From assembly GCA_964016885.1 (NCBI GenBank), contig OZ024743.1, positions 186,496,001 to 186,560,000 on the forward strand: 64,000 bases of DNA, written 5' to 3'. A program made the position numbers and the translations under genes. Below are positions 25,496-39,097 of the stretch, one piece after another (within the stretch, counting starts at the first letter, position 1; every line of letters begins with the position of its first letter). The notes under the pieces were generated by a model. It did no database searches. It was given only the letters and a program-made list of their open reading frames with translations, and was not told the origin of the DNA. This stretch comes from Eledone cirrhosa. Its lineage: Eukaryota.

Positions 25496-28254
25496 ATATT
25501 GTTAAATGTGTTTTCAATGTAATAGAAATTATTTTCTTAAGATTTTCTATAGCTGTCATGGAGAATAGTAGTGGATAAATACAGAATGTTAAATTGTACA
25601 ATTATAGAGAATATAGCACTGTAGAACATAGAAGACTAAATGATATTAGCATATTGAAATTGATTTTTATAACACAATCAATGCTACATGGAAAAGACTG
25701 AAAATTGTGTCAACTGAATTATTAAATATATTTTAACAGACGCTATCTATTACTCACTTATTTTATATTGATTTCTAATTTAGATACAAAGTCAGCAAAT
25801 TTTCGCGGAGGGCAAATTAAATCAACTCTAGTATTTCATTTCATCGACCCCAGAAGGATGAAAAGTAAAGTTGACATTGGCAGCATTCATCCAATGCTCT
25901 AATAATTCAGCCAATCTACTGCCTATTTATTAATAAAGGTTTCAAATTTTGGCATAAGGCCAGTAATTTGGGTGGCAATGGCAAAGTTAATTAAATTAAC
26001 CCTAGTACTTGACCAGTACTTGATTTTATCGACCACCCTGGAATGGCGTAAGACAAAGTTGACTTCAGTAGGATCTTAACTCAGAATATAAAGAGCCAGA
26101 ACAAATACTGCAATGGCATTTCATCCAATACCCTAACAATTCTACCAATCGACAAACCCTAATCACTAATGTCTTAACAAATGGTATACTATTAATCTTT
26201 GATGAACCATTTCAACAATAAGATGATATTTATGGTATTTTAATTTTCCTGTAATTGAAACTAGAGAGATTAATGAAATAAAATTTCATCAGGCAATGAT
26301 GTAAAAACTGAAATGAAATATTTCACATCAAGCAATATAATCAAGTTAGTGAATGATTTTAACAGCTCTTCCTTTAAGTATCTGATAAAATTCATTAAGC
26401 GGTCTCAATCAGATATTTCTTCTTGAATGTAGCTCAGAAATATATATTTTTGGTAAAATGAAGAGTAATTAGTGAGAAGGAAAAAAGAGTAATTTACTTT
26501 TTAATAAATTTCACCTCATATTAGTTGAAATTTACAGTTGAGACTTTATGGTAAGTATAACAGATTCTATCTTGCACAACAGAGAATTCATAACAGTTAT
26601 TGTTCATACATTTACATCAAAATAGTTTTCATTGAGTGTTTTACATACAGATTTCATTAGAGGTCTCTTGGTACATTATGGTAAAAAATCTATAATCTAG
26701 TGGAAAATATTTCCAGTTTAAATTTAGTAAGATAATAATTAGAAACAATTAATTCAGTCAAAAGAAAGGGACTTCAACCAGAACTTGAACAACATTTAAC
26801 CTACAACCTTACAAATTGCAATGGATTATGCATTTTAGGCCTTTGTTATTGTTCCAGTTTAATATTTGGCATTTTAGCTTACATTTTACTGACAAAGAAA
26901 AAGAATTAAATTTGGAAGAAAAATTGTAAAAGTTTCCAATTGATTTTACAAAATTTGTTTTTCTTTTATAAAGTCTTCAGCTGAATTATTTTTAGAATAG
27001 TTTTTTGTGTATTTTTCAGTGAGAATATGGGGATGGTGAATATTTGTGGAAAAATTTAGCAGCAAATTATTAAGATTTCTCTTTTTTTTCTTGGATTAAT
27101 AGATATATCAAGAAAAACCATCTATAGCTCAGTATGAAATCTGATGAGGGGAAGTGTTATATTTGCACAACTATATAAATTTGGCTGTTATTCACTTATT
27201 ACCTCCATTAAATAAAAAATTAAATCTATGATTTACAATCGATTTTAAATTATATGCTGTTATTGATGAACTTTAAAGAATAGGTAAGGTCTTGTTTTTT
27301 TTTAGTTAAAGAAAGGAAGATATATTTAATAATTTTTACAAGCTGAAACGAAATAGTTTTTTATCATTTTCATATCAATTATTTTGATGCTAGTAAAGGC
27401 TGAATCAGTCTTTAACTCTCTCGATACCAAACTGCTTGCAGCCACTGCTAGTTCTATGATGCAAAACTGTTAATTATAAAATGCTTATCTTTATATGAAA
27501 ACCTTCCATTTTAATTTTATTTCAGCTTACTAATGGAAAACTTAGTTATTTGATTAAATCCCTCCTAATTTTTGGGTATTTTCAAAATTAGCTGAAACAC
27601 ATTGACAGTGTATTTCATTAGAAATACAGTAATGAAAGGGCTAAATAGAAAAAGGACATGTTGGAAAAGGCAGTTTAACATGCTGAAGCTTTTTGTAATG
27701 TAAAACATTTAGGGTTCAAATGAGTAGGCATCTGTTTTACTGCTAGGATGTTTTCATGATAGTAGAGAAATGTGCTTTACATAAGAACATAACAAAATGT
27801 CAGGAATAAAAGAAGAATCCAGCTGTTTTCAAACCACATAATACATAATAAAAGTATCATGAATATACTATAAACACTGATTCATAGATATCGTTTCTTT
27901 TTTTTTATGCTTCTTCTACTGCTACTACAACAATCTCTGTGCTTTTAAACTAACAAGTTTCATAACACCACCTTTCAAACCTAGCCAATACCCTCACACA
28001 TCTGTCATATGCTCATCATCCTTAATGTATTTCAGAAAACCAGACCTCATACTAAACACTTTTCATAATCCTTTGTCTTCCCAACTATAAATCTGGAATC
28101 TACCTCACTCTTCTGCCCATATTTTTCCAGTTAATATATAGAATTTTTAAATGAACAACTAGCACACTATTTTAACTAGTTTCAGGGGTCATCAAAGGAT
28201 ATGGGAATATCTCTTCTTCTTATGATTAATTATAAAATAATTAAATATACTTAC

Positions 28255-28329
28255 CACACTAACATTTGATGTAAGTTCAACCTCGGTGAGGTCAACGCTG
28301 TTATAGTTGGTTTTTGGACGATCATTATC
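28255..28329 (-). CDS. CACNA2D: alpha2delta exon 7 (DNDRPKTNYNSVDLTEVELTSNVSV)
   Basis: ttctaaag/GAT...GTG/gtaagt, 75 nt, phase 0-0. Contains the NY.SVDL.EVE motif typical of alpha2delta-3/4. Confidence 0.93.
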
Positions 28330-29410
28330 CTTTAGAAATAAATGATAAAGTTACACAATGAAACATTGGTAACAACCATAAAAATGTTAAGGTCAGCAAT
28401 GAAAAGAAGACACATGTATTCTACGCAATATGGAAAACAACTTAAAAACAAAACTATTGTTATAGTTTTAGAGAGTCATGTTGCCAATACAAATACATGC
28501 ATCAGTAAAGTTTTACTTTGGTTTTATTAGTTAGGTAATCCATCAGATTTGATAAAAAATACTAGCAGTATAGTACTGGGGTCAATATAATCGACTTTCC
28601 CTTTAACTCAAATTGCTGGCCTTGTGCCAATGTTAGAAATAATTATTAGGTTGGTAACTAATCTATTCCTCAGTTAGTTTAGTAACTGGATGGTTATTTA
28701 ATTGTCATATTAAATTGTCAAAGTTCTTTCATCACATATTATATATCTTTATCAATGACTATTCTTACTTCTCTGTATCTCTTCATTTTGATTTTGTTTT
28801 ATTTATTCCCAAAGTATAACAATATCTGTTTCAACACACAAATTCACATAAAAAATCTTGTAAAACAAATACATAAATGTAAAAAAATACCTATAATTTC
28901 TATATATTATTTGTGATTAATCAATAGTGTTAATCCCTCTGATTTTAAGAAATATAAAATTGTTTCTCAAATTATTCTGGATGCATTAAATATATTTTCT
29001 TCTGTTTCTTTTATGTCAGATATAAATAAAGACTTATATGCATAGATAAACAATAAAAAATCAGGATCCAGAAAAAGTAGTCGTCTGCATTGGTAAAAAA
29101 TGTATTTATTGATGGAGTATAACATTGCTTAAATTCATTAGGCATTCGAAGGTTGCAATGTTTCAAATAAAGTTCTTCTTTGGGGAGTAAGAAAAGGTTT
29201 TCTTCATCCTTAGTTCATGAAAATGTGGACAGGGTGTAGAATAACATGAAATGTTAAAGAATTAGGAAATCTCTCACATACTAATTAATATGTGGGAGAA
29301 AAATAGTTCAGAAGGTGATAGAATTTCCTGTTGAGAGCTGATATAGGAAATATTCTGCATGGCAATCTTCATGTAAAATGCATATAGGATTTGATCTACT
29401 GTATTAAGAG

Positions 29411-29690
29411 TGGAGGCATATGGCCTAGTGGTAAGGGTGTTGGACTTACCATCATAATGTCATGGGTTCAATTCCTGGGTTGTGTGTTGTGTTCTTGAGC
29501 AAAACACTTCATTTCACATTGTTCCAGTATACTCAGCTGAAAATGAGTACCAGCAATAGCTGGAGGTTTAACCCTGCAATGGACTTGCATTCTGTCCAGG
29601 GAGGAGTCTTGTACTTTCAGTTGCTTCATACCATGAAACTGGGATAAGCACTGGCCTGATAAGCCTTCTGGCTTAAGAGAGACTTTAGAC
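29411..29690 (+). mobile_element. tRNA-headed SINE
   Basis: A-box TGGCCTAGTGG, B-box GGTTCAATTCC and a central TTCTTGAGCAAAACACT domain. Related minus-strand copies at about 54080-54198 and 55720-55827. Confidence 0.8.
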
Positions 29691-30492
29691 TACTGCATTA
29701 AGAACCTACCATCTTGAATATAGATATTGTATAATGAGAGTGCTATTACAAAGTAATCACAGGAGATCTAGAAGTGATCACAGGTAGATTAATTAACACA
29801 ATAAGGAAATATAAAAACAATTTGTTAAATAACTGATATGTTTCAGAAGGTTGGTACAACGCAGTAGAAATATATAAAGAGCAAAGGATGACAAATAAAA
29901 CAAAGTAATGTTTTACCCAGTATATTTCAACATGATATTTCAGGGCTATACTCTCTTTTCAAATATAAGACAGCTTTCTGAAACTTATCAGTCATTTATT
30001 ACATATCTCACTATGTTTTCTATTAACTATACTACTTTGTTAAATTCTTTCCTATTCAGACCCCCCCCCCCTCTTCCAATCTCCACTGATATGAAACATC
30101 AGGTTTATATTGATTGAGTAAACCAATGTTTCAGTCGTGACCATTCTGTCCTGTCACACATGAAAGATGATACTGTTTCATATTTCCACTCAGAATTGTT
30201 ATATTCTTGGTGAAGAAACCACACCACTGTGAATTAAAATATTAACTTCCTTAGTATCTTCCCCTCCACCACCACCAATTCAATCAACATTTTTGTGATA
30301 TTAAAATGAAATACTGTGGATATGAAAGTTTTTGAACAATCTTTAGAAGAGATTAAAAGCCAATTATAAGTAAAACCTGGGTTAAATCCAGATTCAAAAA
30401 GAACTGGTGATGGTCTGTGTCAGCAAAAATCAGTCATTGAGAAAGTTCAAGATAAGTAAAATTCATTTGCAATGAGGTTTTATTTTACTTAC

Positions 30493-30567
30493 AAATGGTC
30501 TGAATTCTGGATGGAATAAAACATAGCCTTTTTTAGTTATTGCAAAGGCATAACCATGTACTCCCAA
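30493..30567 (-). CDS. CACNA2D: alpha2delta exon 6 (LGVHGYAFAITKKGYVLFHPEFRPF), Cache domain
   Basis: ttttgcag/TTG...TTT/gtaagt, 75 nt. Hallmark LG..GY.FAI...GY.L.HP..RP motif. Confidence 0.97.
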
Positions 30568-31701
30568 CTGCAAAAAAAAAGAAAAGAAAAGAAGAATTAA
30601 ATGTTAGCCATTAAAATCAGGGTTTCCAAAATTAATAAAAACAACTTTTAGTTAGTGAAATTACAATAAAGTTTGATTTTTATTGTTTTACTTGTTCTAC
30701 AGAAGAAAATAAGTTGAAAGGGGTTCCTCGGTTCCTCCGAAGGGTCTCTGGAGTAACATTACTCAATAGAATGCATAGTTTGATGATCAGAGAGTGACTC
30801 CAGGTAGAGTCGCTAATTCTCCAAAATGAGAGATTACAGCTCCGATACTGTGGACATATGGTTAGAATGTTTCAGGAAAGAATTGCTGGACAGATTTTAC
30901 AAGCAAAACTAACAGGCAGGTGACTCAGGGGTAGACCCTGAGCAAGATGGTTGGATAACATCCATGAGCTCAGCTAGTCTCACTTGAGGATGCAGCTGAA
31001 TCAATTGGAGATGGTTGCTTCTGACAGGACCCACTGGAGGGAGTGTTTGAGTGAATAGACTGAGACAGCATAGAGTAGAGAAGATCCTCTAGCCTTGTCA
31101 AATACCTGCTAACCTCTCTAGTGTTGGTGCCACAGTAGAATGGACCCAATACATTCTGTAATGAGGTTGACAAACAGAGACAATAGAAGGCACAGCATAT
31201 GACAGCATCACTAGTGATAGCACTAGTGATAACACCCAGTACACCCTTTAAGGTGGTTAGTGTTAGTAAGCGCATTCAACAGTAGAAACCATGCCAAATA
31301 TGGAATGCATAAGCAAGATGAGGTCTTTCCAACTTGTATAGTCTCAAACTGTGACAACCCATGCCAGTATGGAAAGCAGACATAAAATGATGAGGTGTGT
31401 GTGTGTGAGTGTGTGTGCAGGTGTGAGTGCGTGCATGCGTGTGTGCATGTGTGTATGTGGTTAAGCATGGTTAAACATTTGCTTCTCAATGAGGTGGTTT
31501 TATATTTGATCTTATTGCCCTGCCTTTTTTGACTAAGCCATAAAAAAAATGAATTAAAACAAAATATAAAACTGGGGCTAAACATGCTCTTTTAACTACT
31601 GTATCAAACATTAAGTGCAATAACAAAACTATACTTTCAATCTATAACTTTCTTTACACAAACTATCTGTAAAAGGTAAAAGAGAAAGAATTTTAACTCA
31701 C

Positions 31702-31782
31702 CTTATACTTCGGTATCAAGCTAATAATTTGTTCAATAGGGACGTCTGTTCCAACGACACCTAACAATTTGTAGGTATTGTC
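31702..31782 (-). CDS. CACNA2D: alpha2delta exon 5 (DNTYKLLGVVGTDVPIEQIISLIPKYK)
   Basis: cttccatag/GAC...AAG/gtgagt, 81 nt. LLGVVGTDVP...IPKYK is nearly identical to alpha2delta-3. Confidence 0.97.
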
Positions 31783-31977
31783 CTATGGAAGAAGAAACAG
31801 GAAATAATAAGCCTTAAGCTATGGTATAATCTTGTTACAGATGGGGACTTTAACACAAACTATGCAATATATTTTGAATATTAAATAAAAGCCATGCAAG
31901 AAGTAGGAATGTTCTTATAAAGCAACTCCATTTTATGAGTGTAGAGACCAATTTACTATATTATTATTATTATTATT

Positions 31978-32699
31978 CATTTGCACAGTGCTGATCTTAT
32001 TAACACTAGATAATTTAATTGAATCACTATCAAGTTATGTAACTTCAAATAGACAGTACTTTCTGCGGGATATTTGCTCTTCTCCAAAGTGTTGTTTTCT
32101 GCAATGTCATAATGTTGGGTCTGATTCCAATTCTATCAAGGTTTTTCTGAAGGTTTTCTGTCACCAACCCAAGTGCTTCAATCACAATTGGTGCCATTCT
32201 TGCTTTCATATTTCACATTCTCTTGACATCTACTCTCAAGTCTGCATACTTTTTCTCATTTTCTTAGGTCTGCCTATGATTTTCTCCTTTCCTTTACCAT
32301 TCATGTAATGTTCACCTAGGCAAACTACATCGATCAACAAACACCTCCTTTCAGTACCCTTCTCCACCAAAGTTATGTCTGGCTTTGTATTTTCAATAAT
32401 TCTATTTGTTTGGATTGTAAAGTCGCACACGATTTTCACAGTCTGGTTTGTACTGATACCATTTCTTAGTGGTTGTAAATCCACATTTCTAGCAAAAAAA
32501 CCAATGGAGGTGTAAGCAGACTTTGTTCTTATGCCTTTTATACTACCTCTGTGCAAGCATGCCACAGGCACTCACAATGTGTGTCACACTCTCCTCATTC
32601 TTTCTACATAACCTACACTTATTTGTTTTATCTGGGTTATACATATTCCTTGTTGAGTTTGTGTTTAGTGCTTGGTCTTGAGTAGTTATTAGTAAATTT

Positions 32700-32749
<50 letters not shown>

Positions 32750-32830
32750 GATCACTTTTTGTAAATCAATTCCATGAAGATCCTACTTTTACTTCCTTCA
32801 TTTCTCTTTTAAATTGATCATGTAATTCCA
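31978..32830 (-). mobile_element. Degenerate R4/Dong-like non-LTR element 3' part (CCHC plus restriction-like endonuclease)
   Basis: QDQALNT...CRLC...ESVTHIVSAC..LAQ and DF.IQT...KPDI.LV.K....CLLIDV. Its 3' end abuts (TAA)n at 31960-31977. Confidence 0.78.
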
Positions 32831-34191
32831 TAATTTCCTGTGAGCTTAGCAAAAATGAGTTGTTCTTGTAATTCAAAGGACCAGCCTGGCCACACACTGT
32901 GTCATGCTGAATATCTCTGAGAAATATATTCAGGTTATGTGTCTGTGGAATACTCAGTCACTTGTACGTTAATCTCTTGAGCAGGCTGTTCCATTGTTCA
33001 AACAGCTGTACAACAATGGATATTGTATATTAGTTTTCTAGTTGCGTATGGCTCCACATAATTGTATTCATGATAAATATCACCTTTTAATGTCAGATTT
33101 TGGATGGTGTATTCTAAATGCAGTCATTATTTTTCTTCTTTTCCTGTTTTGTTCTTTTGGTTCTTTGAGTGGCTACTGTGAAAATATTTTACTAATATAG
33201 AAGTGAAGGATTGTATTCTTTAAAATACTTTTCACTTTGTCATTATATTAGCTCTGGTTACTCTTCTTATCTGCTACTGTTGCTTTCATGTAGTGTTACA
33301 GTCATTTTTACTTTGTATTTATAGATATCATCTTTATCATCATCATCATCATTTACTTTCTGTTTTCCCTGCTAGCAAGGGTTAGACGGGTTGTTACAGA
33401 ACAAGTCTGTAATTGGAGCAACTGACCTGTCAGATGGGCTGATGGCCTGCTTCTCACTTAGAAACATTTCCACATAGATTGCACTGGATGTGTTTTATAG
33501 TTACACCAACAGCACTAGGATGGATGTCATTGTTTATTTATTATTATTGTTATTATTAGCCAGTACAAGTACACTACTAACATTTAATTAGAACTTCTTT
33601 TGTTCACATTGTAATAATAACTTTTAACTGGATGAACAACTGTGAGGAGGCCTCCTCATTGGTTTCTAACTGTGTAGAGGTTGTCTTGTCAGTTTATGAA
33701 GCTTCTTTGCTATCTCATGAATAAATGGATATGGCAGTTTAGAGATGGAGAAAGATCCTACTCCATCAGCTGCACTGTGAGGCCTAATGTCCCCTGACCT
33801 ACTTTACATGTTTTTCTCAGTTTATTTCTACTGAATTTATCCCCTGCCATAAATTCAGGGGAATTCATTATCACTACATGCATCATCCTAACAAATGACA
33901 AGTTTATGCCAATGTAGTCTGAAGAATGTTTTTTGTGTTTAACACTGCAGAAAATATAAATATATACAAATATTTTGTTTGTAGCAGACACTGTAAAAAT
34001 AGATACCTAATTAACACGTAACTTTCAGAAACTCAATATATTGAACCCCCACCAAAAAAATAACAAAAAACAAAACCAAAAAACAACAAAACAAAACAAG
34101 CACTCCTCCATACAAACATATATAAACAGAAGCAACACACAAAAATATAAGGTTTATTATTTGAACAACAAAATATTGATAAACAACTTAC

Positions 34192-34248
34192 AGAATTAGC
34201 TTTTTTGTTGAAAACTGGCATTGATACCGATGTGACTAAGCGCATATT
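34192..34248 (-). CDS. CACNA2D: alpha2delta exon 4 (NMRLVTSVSMPVFNKKANS)
   Basis: ttctttcag/AAT...TCT/gtaagt, 57 nt. L.T.V.MPVF motif. Confidence 0.95.
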
Positions 34249-35832
34249 CTGAAAGAAAAGGATTTGTTATTAGTTTCAGGGTTTTACTTCAGTGTTACTA
34301 ATGAACTACAAAGTGGTTGAAATTCAATAAAACATCCTTGAGGTTAATAATAAATGGTACCTTAATCAAGCTAATATTTTGGTCATTTGTGTTTTATAAA
34401 ATTATTAAAAATACAAAACTGATATTGTTTCTGTTTTGTTTTCACATAAGCATAAAACAGGAGACATTTTAGAAAAGGAGATATTGAATGTTATAATTTA
34501 CATGCATTTCTCAAGAGTAATAAAAATAGAATGTAATAAGAATTAAAAGGGCAGATGAACTCCTCAGACTCAACAGCCATCCACCCCAACTATGGGTTAA
34601 ACTGCCTAACCAATCTACAATTGGCCAAGCATGGAGAGTACAGCTACACCCCTGACATGACCAAAACTGAAGGAAATGGAGGTCAACAAGGGCGGGGTTT
34701 CTTCAATAGGAGTGAGAAAGTCCTGGATTGGACTGGATTGGAATAAGAATAGAATCTTGAATTTTTAACCTAGTTTTTATCACCTACAACTTTGCTTCAT
34801 TAAAGTTTTTATTTGCCCCCGAGAAAAACTAAACTATCACAACACACTATTTTATCAGCTTTTATCATGATTTCTCTGATCACCTGAGCTATAGAATCCT
34901 AATAGCATTTACTTAACATCCACAATAATATTTTCATCAAAGTAATACTGCTCATTAAAACTAAAAGATAATACTTCTCATGTAAAATTTAATAAAAAAT
35001 AAAAAAATATAATTACTCTACAGTTTTTCAATTTTGTAATTAGCTTAATTCCATATGAGATTTCTTATTTTAAAATTTTGAATTGAACACTTAATTTATT
35101 GTTGGCCTCTAGCTCATAGTAAAATTGTCACCTGAGACAATGCCTTATTTGGTAGGGTTCAAAACACTAGCTGATTATAGCATGCAGAATTTGTTTTATC
35201 ATAATGAAAATCTTGCATAAAATATTATGATAAGCATTTTATTTTTCACAGGCTAATTAATATGGCATTATTAAAATAGATAATGAGCATATCTATAGTA
35301 TTTATTGTTGTTGATAGAATGAAGTTTATTAAGATCAAAGGAAAGTAATGCCCAAACTAGCAAACCTGTAACATTGCCTTTTACTTTGTTCTCAATTAAA
35401 CTTTTTTCTTTTTTTTTAATAAAAAGTTTCCTCTAATCTGTATTCTGCTACAGAATGTTAGTGTAAACTTTTACAGCTAGAGGCTTTTCATGATTCTAAT
35501 CTGCTATAGACTGAAGGCAGTATTTCTTCAAAGTAAGAATAAATATTTGTATATATACCATTATAGAAATGTTTACAAGTACAGTTCACTTTGACATATT
35601 ATATAATACCATACAAACTATTATCTACTGGATTGGAAAACATATAATACATATTTATTTCATGAGAAAATGGTATTAACACTGTTGAAAATAAAATAAG
35701 AATGATTACATCACTATCATCATATTTGTCCAGTGCCCCTTATTGTGGTGTGCGATTGAGGATGTGGGTCTTCTCTCTCACATTTTTTTCTTTCTTAAGT
35801 ATTGCATGTATGTATGTGTGTATCTATCTATC

Positions 35833-35856
<24 letters not shown>

Positions 35857-35864
<8 letters not shown>

Positions 35865-36216
35865 AATAACAGGAGGCTGGACTGGTGTAAATCCTTGAAA
35901 GGTTTATTATACTATGATCATTTCAATGACCGGGTTCAGTATGAATCCGGTGACATCATCAGGTATTCAAAATATAACAAAGGAATATAACAGAGAACTC
36001 GAGGGCGGCCGACTGAGGTAGAAGCTGCTAAATAGTCAGTCGTCCTCTTGTCTCTGATTTTCAGCCCCATGGATTTTATCTGTTATATTCCTTTGTTATA
36101 TTTTGAATACCTGATGATGTCACCGGATTCATACTGAACCCGGTCATTGAAATGATCATAGTATAATAAACCTTTCAAGGATTTACACCAGTCCAGCCTC
36201 CTGTTATTTTATAATA
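35857..36216. mobile_element. Fold-back element with 138-bp perfect inverted arms carrying hammerhead motifs (PLE pLTR-like)
   Basis: 35857-35994 is the reverse complement of 36079-36216, with an 84-bp spacer. Confidence 0.9.
36107..36164 (+). ncRNA. Type-I hammerhead ribozyme motif (mirror copy on minus strand 35909-35966)
   Basis: ATAC-CTGATGA-[TGTCACCGGATTCATACTGAACCCGGTCATT, stem II]-GAAA-TGATCA-TA-GTAT. 4-bp stem I, palindromic stem III, AUA triplet. Confidence 0.75.
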
Positions 36217-36367
36217 ATTAACTCTGTACTCGCACCACCAACTACACAAACGAAAATGGGTGAGTTGCATTACGTTGAGTGCTCTCCATAATATTACATC
36301 GAGATTGACCATACAGAATGACCAGTTCTATCCAGTGGTGATCCAACAAACCTAAATAAATATATAT

Positions 36368-36433
<66 letters not shown>

Positions 36434-36448
36434 ATATATATATATATA

Positions 36449-37063
36449 TGGTGGCTGCCAACTCGTTTTCGAGTACGGCCACTACCTTATATCCATGTAG
36501 GAGAACCCCTACCGAAGCGTTGAACGAGTGTGACTTTTTAGTCCAGCCAGCGACTTGAAACCTCTGGTACAAACACTACACTTGTGACAATTATTGACAC
36601 ATAGTGCTGGGCCCATGGTACCATGTGAGGACAAGTGCAGAGAGATCTCCAGATATAAAGCAATGCCTGTGCCATGAAGCTTTTATAGTGAGCAAAGGCA
36701 CTGCACAAAGCCAGTCCCACTCTCTTAACCAATATGATATTTACCAAAAAGAAGAACAAGTCAACATCATTGGATACCATCAGGGTTGCAGGTGTTATAT
36801 CAGAGTTTTCCTTCTCCTAGAATTCTGCCTTGACAAAGGCTAAGGGGTCATCTCTCCCGGTGATTTTGGATGGCCATTGACTCTTAAGAGCTCCTTTGCC
36901 CTTTGACAGGTTTTGTTTTTAGTCCTGTAGGATGTCCAAAGTCACCCTCCTCACCAAGAAACCTTGGTGGGGTTGCCAGTTTAGTCGCCAACGACCCGAC
37001 CATGAGACAGGTTGTACTGGGATACATGTTACCAGTAGCACCAACTGGTGACCTGACCTGACA
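36449..37063 (+). mobile_element. ~615-bp non-coding interspersed element with (CCTGA)n end, in TA repeats
   Basis: Near-identical inverted copy at 63443-64000 and a short fragment at about 18388-18450. Flanked by (TA)n. Confidence 0.85.
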
Positions 37064-37885
37064 TATATATATATACATACACACGCATGCATACATGTAT
37101 AGGAGTTTCCTTTTTCGTAATTTTGTCTGAGTGCCCGATGAGGGGCCATTTGGAAGAGCCTCCTCCACTATACAGTGGTATCCATAACTGGACCCTGAAA
37201 CCAGTGGTCACATATACATGTTAAGTGTATGAAACTTTATTTAACCCCCCCCCCCTCCATATATATATATATTTACAGTTCTCTTTTACTGGAAATATAT
37301 AGGTTTTATTGCTCTCTTTTTCTTAAAATAAACAATGCTCTAGAAACTGGTTGTTATTTAATACACTGGCTACTGCTACCCTATAACAAAATACTAAGAG
37401 GCAACAAACAAGCCTCTACACGAATGCTTGTTCTGCTAGAAATAGTAGATAAATCTCCCTGAAATCACACAGGAAACATTGAATAATGTTTTTATTTATA
37501 GAAAAAGACCAAATGGTCACAGTTGGAATATGTCTGCTTCATCAGGGTTGAGCTGGGACTCAACAACAGCATATCTATTTCTCAGTTGGCTGGATTGAAG
37601 AGAGTATATGATGTACATAGAAGAGATTCAACTAATGGCCTCAAAGGTATAGATTTAAATCCCTGAATGATATTTACTCCAAAGTAAAGTAAATAACACA
37701 TTCTGATAACTGCTTTTGCAGAGGTGATGTTCACTGAGAAGCATTTCTAAGGCTCACTAAAACGCCATTATGGACGCACAGTCAAACGTTCTGAGTGGTA
37801 CCCAATGAGTGGTTGTGTCGGTTAGGGGAATTTGAAGGAATGATTGAAAATGAATATCATAGAGATTCAATTGTTTTATAAAAAA

Positions 37886-38228
37886 CTAGCAATGGTACCC
37901 GGCGTTGCATGGGATAAGGTATTTTGGAATGTGGGCCGCCAACAGACCTAATCGTGGAAAAACTGCATGTCTGGACCATATGTAAAGAAAATAAACCGAA
38001 TATTCTGATGGCTGGATAATGTTTAAGATTTTCATCGATGAAGCAGGAAAAATGCAGGTTTTCACCTAATGCGGGCCCTAGGGGATCAAAAAGTTGATAA
38101 CACTCCCCGAAACATAAATAATACACATGTAAAGTTTGAAAAAAATCGGTTGGGTACTTCTCGAGTTTTAGGGATTCAAACTCACAGACACACACACAGA
38201 CAGACATCCTCAGTTTTATATATATAGA
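37886..38228 (-). mobile_element. Non-autonomous Helitron
   Basis: On the minus strand it starts A|TCTATATATATAAAA, has an internal (GTCT/GT)n and a subterminal GC hairpin CCCATGCAACGCCGGG, and ends CTAG|T. Confidence 0.85.
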
Positions 38229-38266
38229 TGAATTGTACATTAAACTATGAACTGTACATTACTTAC

Positions 38267-38374
38267 TTTTTCTATATAACCTGGAGCAATAAAGTCAGCA
38301 TAAACTGGCGTCCACATTATATGTGGTAGAGATGTTGGTTTTGCCAGTGGTTGACTTAGCACCTTAACATAATT
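38267..38374 (-). CDS. CACNA2D: alpha2delta exon 3 (NYVKVLSQPLAKPTSLPHIMWTPVYADFIAPGYIEK)
   Basis: ttttttcag/AAT...AAA/gtaagt, 108 nt. Y..VLS.P and WT.VY.D motifs. Confidence 0.96.
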
Positions 38375-39097
38375 CTGAAAAAAAAAAGAAGAAAATCTTG
38401 ATTCAATAAATATGTGTAATGAGGGATGAAATGTTTTATATTACTGAGATATTAATTCAACAACTATTTATCATATTTGTCATTGTCACCATCATCATCA
38501 TCATTTTCATTGTTATTGTCTTCATTGTCATTATCATCATCATTATTGTCATCATCATCATCATCAAAATAATATCATCAAATAATTACATATATGTTTT
38601 ATATTATACAACCAAATGTATTTTATATGGTTGCATAAATAATATGAATATAAAGATTTTTAAAAACATTCTACCTTGAAAGAAATTGTTTATATTGCAC
38701 ATTACATATAAATAACTATTCACAAATATTTCTGAGAAAACACATAAATAACTATTTCTATTTCATATTACACCCAGTGCATTCTGTAAAGTGGTAGTTC
38801 TGGCACCCTACTAAAATATACCCAATACACTTTGTAAAGTGGTTGGCAATAAGAAGAGCATCCAGCCATAGAAACTATGTCAACTTGTGCAATACATGCC
38901 AGATAACAGATGTAAAATAATGATGATGATGATGGCGCTGATGATGATTTATACCTACATCATACAAATTCCATCTTAATATTATTGATATTAATATGTT
39001 CACCACTCCTCCCAGCCCAAATCACAAATAAATCTTAATTGGTATATGTATATCTCATTGTTTTCTGTTTCTGTATCTGATATGATTGCCTTTTCAT

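Noticed and set aside
36795-36860. HDV-like ribozyme (GCC..GGCTAA)
   Set aside because: Could not build convincing P1/P2/P3 pairings by eye.
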